DNA of 64,000 nucleotides from Selaginella moellendorffii (Eukaryota; Plantae; Lycopodiophyta): NCBI RefSeq assembly GCF_000143415.4, contig NW_003314266.1, positions 2,746,414 to 2,810,413 of the forward strand, read 5' to 3'. Shown piece by piece: positions 59,287 to 64,000 of this stretch (position 1 is its first letter; each line of letters starts with the position of its first letter). The notes under the pieces were generated by a model. It saw only the letters and a program-made list of their open reading frames with translations, ran no database searches and was not told where the DNA came from. The position numbers and the translations under genes were made by a program.

Positions 59287-60229
59287 TCATGAGAGAGGTG
59301 ACCGCTGCGGCTGGCCTTTCCTGCGCTGCTTGGAAGACCGTGGCGACTCGCAGTGCTTCTGCGGCGTCAGCGGCTCCACGGTGTTGTTGACATCCGCCGC
59401 CAGCGACGATATCCCAGAATGCTGCGGGCTGTGGGGGACGAGCACAGAGATCGGGGAAGGCGGAACGTCGGCAAAAGTGGCCTGCTCCTCATCGCCATCG
59501 CTGTCCACGGTGGTGCTCGACTGCTGCCGCGGGCTGTCCATCTTGCGCTTCTTGATCGGCACCTGGGCCTTCTTCCCGGCCTTGGAAATCTTCTGCTCGT
59601 CCGTGAGACCCTCAACCGCCATGGACTTGACAAGCACAGGCTCGTCCTCGAAGCAGCAAGTCCTCGACGTCCGTGGTCCCGGAGACGAAGAAGCCGCTAC
59701 TCCAGCAGGGACAGGGACAGGAGCGGGGGAAGACGAAGCGGCGGTGCCGGGTGCATGCTGCGAGAGCTCGCCGTGAGAAGGAACAGGAACATGAAGCGGA
59801 AGAGCCAGGGAGACCGAGGGATTGATACGAGCAGCGGCCAACTTACAGCTGATGGAGCAGAAGCAAGTGGGATCCGTGAGCGTCCGGTTGCAGTTCTGGC
59901 ACCAGTGCGTGGCGGCCTTGGCGATCCGGTCCTGCGGCCTGCTGAGGAGGAAGACGATCTTGGCGCTGTTGATGGTGTAAGTCTGGATGTTGGAGATGTC
60001 GGCCAACTTTTGGATGTCGTGGACCCGGACAGCGTCCATGTGTGACGCGCGGCGGACTTGCAAGCTCCGGTGGTTTGCATGCTCGGTCTGGAGGCCAATG
60101 TGGCACATCGGCCCGTCCAGGACGCAGTCGATGCAGAAGTGATTGCGCTCGTTCTTGCTCGACGCGTGCTTGAGGCACTGCGAGAAGTAGTTCCCGGTGA
60201 GGAAATGCGGCAGCCAGCTCGGGCCTTCT

Positions 60230-60264
<35 letters not shown>

Positions 60265-60330
60265 CGGGGAAGAATGAGAAGCCGGCGGTGAGGCGGAGGA
60301 GGAGGAGGATTGCTCGAGGGCGGAAGCCAT
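59287..60330 (-). CDS. PLATZ zinc-dependent transcription factor, intronless
   Basis: PSWL..F..C..H..N.FCIDC..H..H..LQVRR..IQTYTINSAKIVFL..RPQ..C..C.R.L....FCSISCK and C-terminal RRKGQPQRSPL. First ATG is at 60330. Confidence 0.93.
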
Positions 60331-60470
60331 CGCCAGCAAGAAGAGCAATGCAGGGGTTTTGGAGATGACCCACAAGAACCCAATGCCGGCCGAGACGATC
60401 CAAGCAAGAGCGCAACCAAGAGCGCAAGAGAAAAGAAGAGACCAAGCTCCAAAGCCCAGCGCTCTCGCTC

Positions 60471-60528
60471 GAAGAAGAAGAAGAAGAAGAAGACGAGGAA
60501 GAAGGAAGGAAGGAAGGAAGGAAGGAAG
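60471..60528. repeat. (GAA)n/(GGAA)n microsatellites upstream of PLATZ
   Basis: Direct reading. Confidence 0.85.
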
Positions 60529-61009
60529 CGCTCTAAGACTCAAACCTCGCGGAGTGGAATCGCGCTACTACTACTCGGCGGCGATCAATGCCTTGCGCTA
60601 CAAGCCAGGAAGATCGTCATAAACGCGCGAGGCAAGGATTTTTTTTTGTGCGCTCTCCTTTCAGGAAGATCGAGGAGAAAGACATGAAAAAGAGGAAGAA
60701 AGCCTCTCTCTTTCCTTTTTTTTTTTTCTCTTCTAAGAGGGAATTGAGAGCTCTCTCTCGAAGTTTACCTCTCTAGGCTACAATAGAAACAACCAACATG
60801 CTTCCAGGGTGAGTGAACGTGTCCTTGTTATGGACATGTGTCTCTCGCTCCACTGGTTTCCCAACTGGGAGAGGCTCTAAGGACAGTGTCCTTAGCAAAG
60901 CCGGGCCTTGCCGCCTTGGACGCGCTGACGTGTCCGCCGCCGCGGCATGCCACGCTGGACGACCGTCCCCCGCGAGAGCTCACACTGCATTTTAGGGTTC
61001 TTGGCGCGC

Positions 61010-62380
61010 ATGGCGGTGGATCCGCCCGGGCGGCGCCGCGGCGAGGCGAATTCCTACGCCGCGATGCTGCGCAAGTGCTCCGCGCTGTCGCAGGTGAAGT
61101 GGGTGCACAGGATCGTGGCGGAGGATGGGTGGGAGGATGATACCTTCGTGGCGAATTTCCTGATCCAGATGTATGGGCGCTGCGGCGGCGCGCAGGAGGC
61201 GGCGAAGGTGTTTGAGAAGCTGCCGCGGCGAAATCAATTCTCCTGGAATATCATGCTAGCGGCATTTGCCCAGAATGGGCATTTGCAGGAGGCGCGGGAG
61301 ATCTTTGATCGGTCGCCGCACAGGAATGTGGTGACTTGGAATGCGATGATGGCTGCGTATGCGATGGCTGGGCGGATCCGAGAGGCCGAGATCGTCTTCA
61401 AGAAGATGCCCCAGCGGGATCTCATCTCGTGGAACTCGATGCTCACTGCATATGCCCAGCACGGTTATTTTGAGGAGGCTTTGCGGCTCTTTGCGGCGAT
61501 GGATCTCGAGCCCGACAGCGTGACTTTCCTTTGTGTTCTTGAGGCCTGCGGCGAGATCGGTCAGGAAAGATCCCAGTGCAGGCTTCTTCATTCGAGGGTC
61601 TCGAATTGCGGGCTGGAGATGGAGCTTAAGATCAGCACCGCGCTGATCGACATGTATGGGAAGTGCTCCAGCCCCGAGGACGCCAGGGACGTGTTCTGGA
61701 GGATCAGCGACACCGCCCAGGACCTCGCGCTCTGGAACGCGATGATCTCGGCTCACGCCAAGAACCGCCAAGTTCGCGAGGCTCTCCATCTCTTCTCGCT
61801 GCTCGATCTCCAAGGAGCGAGGCCAAACGACTCCACGCTGGTAAGCATTCTAGACTCCGCCGCTAGCTCCTCGGATCTAAATCATGCCAGGTTCGTGCAA
61901 GGCGTCGTGGAGGAGTGTGACGAGGCGCTGAGCGTGGACGTGAAGAACGCGATCATCGGCATGTACAAGCGGTGCGGCAGCATCGAGAACGCGAGGAGGG
62001 TGTTCGTCCGGATCGAGAACAAGGACACGGTGTCGTGGAACTCGATCATCGCGGCCTACGCCGACTTGGGCGATTGCAAGGAGGCGATCGAGCTGTTCGA
62101 GCTCATGAGTTTGGAGGGATTTGAGCCGAGCAGGGCGACGTATCTCAGTGTTCTTGGGGCGTGTAGCCACGCGGGGCTGGTCAAGGAAGGGGTGGAGGTG
62201 TTCGCGAGCATGGTGGAGTTTGGAGTGGTGCCGACGAGGGAGCACTTTAGCTGCATGGTGGATTTGTTTGGGAGGGGAGGATGGGTGGCGGAGGCACACG
62301 AGGTGTTTAGCAAAGGTCCCTTGAGGCCCAGCGTTACCGCTTGGAGGGCCTTGTGTGGAGCGTTTGTCCAGCAACATTAA
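61010..62380 (+). CDS. PLS-class PPR protein ending early in the E domain
   Basis: SWNIMLAAFAQNGHL, ALIDMYGKC, ACSHAGLV, MVDLFGRGG, WRALCGA, then stop. Confidence 0.9.
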   Translation: MAVDPPGRRRGEANSYAAMLRKCSALSQVKWVHRIVAEDGWEDDTFVANFLIQMYGRCGGAQEAAKVFEKLPRRNQFSWNIMLAAFAQNGHLQEAREIFDRSPHRNVVTWNAMMAAYAMAGRIREAEIVFKKMPQRDLISWNSMLTAYAQHGYFEEALRLFAAMDLEPDSVTFLCVLEACGEIGQERSQCRLLHSRVSNCGLEMELKISTALIDMYGKCSSPEDARDVFWRISDTAQDLALWNAMISAHAKNRQVREALHLFSLLDLQGARPNDSTLVSILDSAASSSDLNHARFVQGVVEECDEALSVDVKNAIIGMYKRCGSIENARRVFVRIENKDTVSWNSIIAAYADLGDCKEAIELFELMSLEGFEPSRATYLSVLGACSHAGLVKEGVEVFASMVEFGVVPTREHFSCMVDLFGRGGWVAEAHEVFSKGPLRPSVTAWRALCGAFVQQH

Positions 62381-62429
62381 TTTTTTGTTTTTTTTTTTTT
62401 TTTCAATTTTGTGTAAAAAGGAAATATAA

Positions 62430-62760
62430 CTTAAAGGTATAAAGTTCAAACAAATTACCCACACTGTATCCATTTCTTGTAGATTCAAATTGTAATCTTT
62501 GATGACCAAAAGAAAATTGTTTTTTGTGAGACTATAAGAGAGAAAATACTAAGTTTTTTTAACGTACCATGCTGTATTTTTTATAAAAATTACGAATTAA
62601 ATACTTGAAGGTATAAAGCTCAATAAATACAACATGAAATACCCACCAGCATGATTGTAAGCTTTCATGACCACCCAGCAAAAAATCTTCTTTTATAAGA
62701 CTATAAGAGAGAAAATACTAATGTTTTTCAACATGGTATGCTGTATTATTGATCTAATAT
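62430..62760. repeat. AT-rich tandem repeat, two units of about 170 bp
   Basis: aaggtataaag...ttgtaa.cttt.atgacca...agactataagagagaaaatactaa...atgctgtatt occurs twice. Confidence 0.8.
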
Positions 62761-62864
62761 TTAATATTTCACAATTAGAATTCTAGAATATACTCCAAAA
62801 TATGCCTGAATATTCTCTGAGCTTACGACAAGAGATAAAGTAGTTTTTCCTGTTCTTTTGGTTT

Positions 62865-63104
62865 CTACACGACTGAATTTGGGCCTCTGGGAGGACCGCG
62901 CGATGAGATGGGCTCTTTCTTCTTTTTCTTCGCCATGAGCACACTGGTGTTAATCCCTCGCTCTTGCGAAGTAGATTCCACCTTGGAGGATCCACAAGAG
63001 AAGAGGTTTCTTACCGCCGATGCCATGAAATTCTCCTTGACCGCTTGCGAGATGCGGCCCAGCAGCGAAGGTTTCTCCTCCAAATCCTCCTCCTTCGCTG
63101 CCAT
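62865..63104 (-). CDS. Hypothetical small protein or terminal exon of an unknown gene
   Basis: 79-aa ATG ORF in a good context (ATGGCA) directly after an AG, with a Lys-rich tail. No family recognised. Confidence 0.3.
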   Translation of the reverse strand: MAAKEEDLEEKPSLLGRISQAVKENFMASAVRNLFSCGSSKVESTSQERGINTSVLMAKKKKKEPISSRGPPRGPNSVV

Positions 63105-64000
63105 CTATCCAATCGCAAATTTCACTCCGCTCACACAAAAGACTCTGCTCGCGAGTCGCGATCCCCTGACTGGCTTTTGACAGTGCTGCCTGGGTATTAA
63201 AGCCGCCACGTACGAAAAAGAGAACCTTGGTACGGAAAGAAACTCTGCCTCTTCTTCTCCTTGTCTTATGGATTTCCACCACATCCACAAATATGACTGT
63301 CTGAACCGTCCAGACCCTCTGCAAATGAGCCTCAAGCTCCTGCAAATTTATACGTGAAATGTGGAGACATGGAGGCAGCGGAGAAAGACTTTGACGAGTT
63401 GACCGGCACAAGGTATACTTTCGTACAATTCCCATGTCCATCTGGTTGAGAGATCGGATTCATGACAATAACAAGTTAATCATGGTCTTCCATATTTGAT
63501 AATCAAATAGTATACAAAATCAATACCACAATTGAAGTCTGGAGTTGAGAGATGGAAGCGTTTAACATTCTTGTCAGTGTTTTCGTTGCATGCATGCATC
63601 CCGACGTCTCAAGTTTGTGAATCCAACTCTTAGCACAGTACAAGGCCTGTTTGTTTTTGGGACTCAGCCTTAGATGCCGGTGAGAGCTTAGTCCCTCTGC
63701 CATCGACTTCCATTCTCTCAGTTGGCTGTTCCCGGCCCTTTTTTTGCTTGCTGCTTCTTGCTTCTCCAACCCTAAGTTCTAAGCTCCAGTTAAGGGAAAA
63801 GAGAAACAAAAGTGAAAGAATCCCCAAGAGACCGCAACGCAACCTGAAAATCCAAGAGCGTCGGTGTCTCAAATTGCTATAGTACCTGGGCCTCTTCTTC
63901 CATTCGGATATTGCCGCTCAACAAAAAAAACAGGAGTTTTTTTATACCTTTATAAGATGTTGAAGCTCTTGGAAAGGCTTATTTATGGTCATATTAAATC

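Noticed and set aside
60331-60543. Hydrophobic N-terminal extension suggesting a membrane-tethered PLATZ
   Set aside because: It has a non-ATG start, and the Leu/Phe runs come from CTT/TTCC microsatellites in the leader.

Overview
Gene-dense plant nuclear DNA with very short GT-AG introns (about 45-70 nt), tiny intergenic gaps and many PLS/S-rich PPR genes. This pattern best fits the lycophyte Selaginella (probably S. moellendorffii; an inference, not verified). Recognisable genes from left to right: subtilase, P-class PPR head-to-head with a Ycf20-like gene, three tandem DUF604 glycosyltransferases, a fungal-type BBE-like FAD oxidase, tRNA-Phe, GAR transformylase (PUR3), a RING-CH E3 ligase, an LRR-RLK, NADH-GOGAT (with an in-frame stop), mS29/DAP3, three PLS-PPRs (one with DYW), TBCCD1, a DUF1348 gene, a PBL28-like kinase and a PLATZ factor. 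The 13-36 kb interval is heavily rearranged. It holds an inverted duplication of PPR pseudogenes around a BAHD relic, stray kinase fragments, and a chimeric GOGAT/PUR3/tRNA pseudogene. The most unusual element is a three-exon gene at 33347-35407 (-). It appears to encode a Crinkler-type P-loop NTPase plus a degenerate restriction-endonuclease-fold domain, fused to a PHD finger. All family calls come from recognising motifs by eye; no database search was run.
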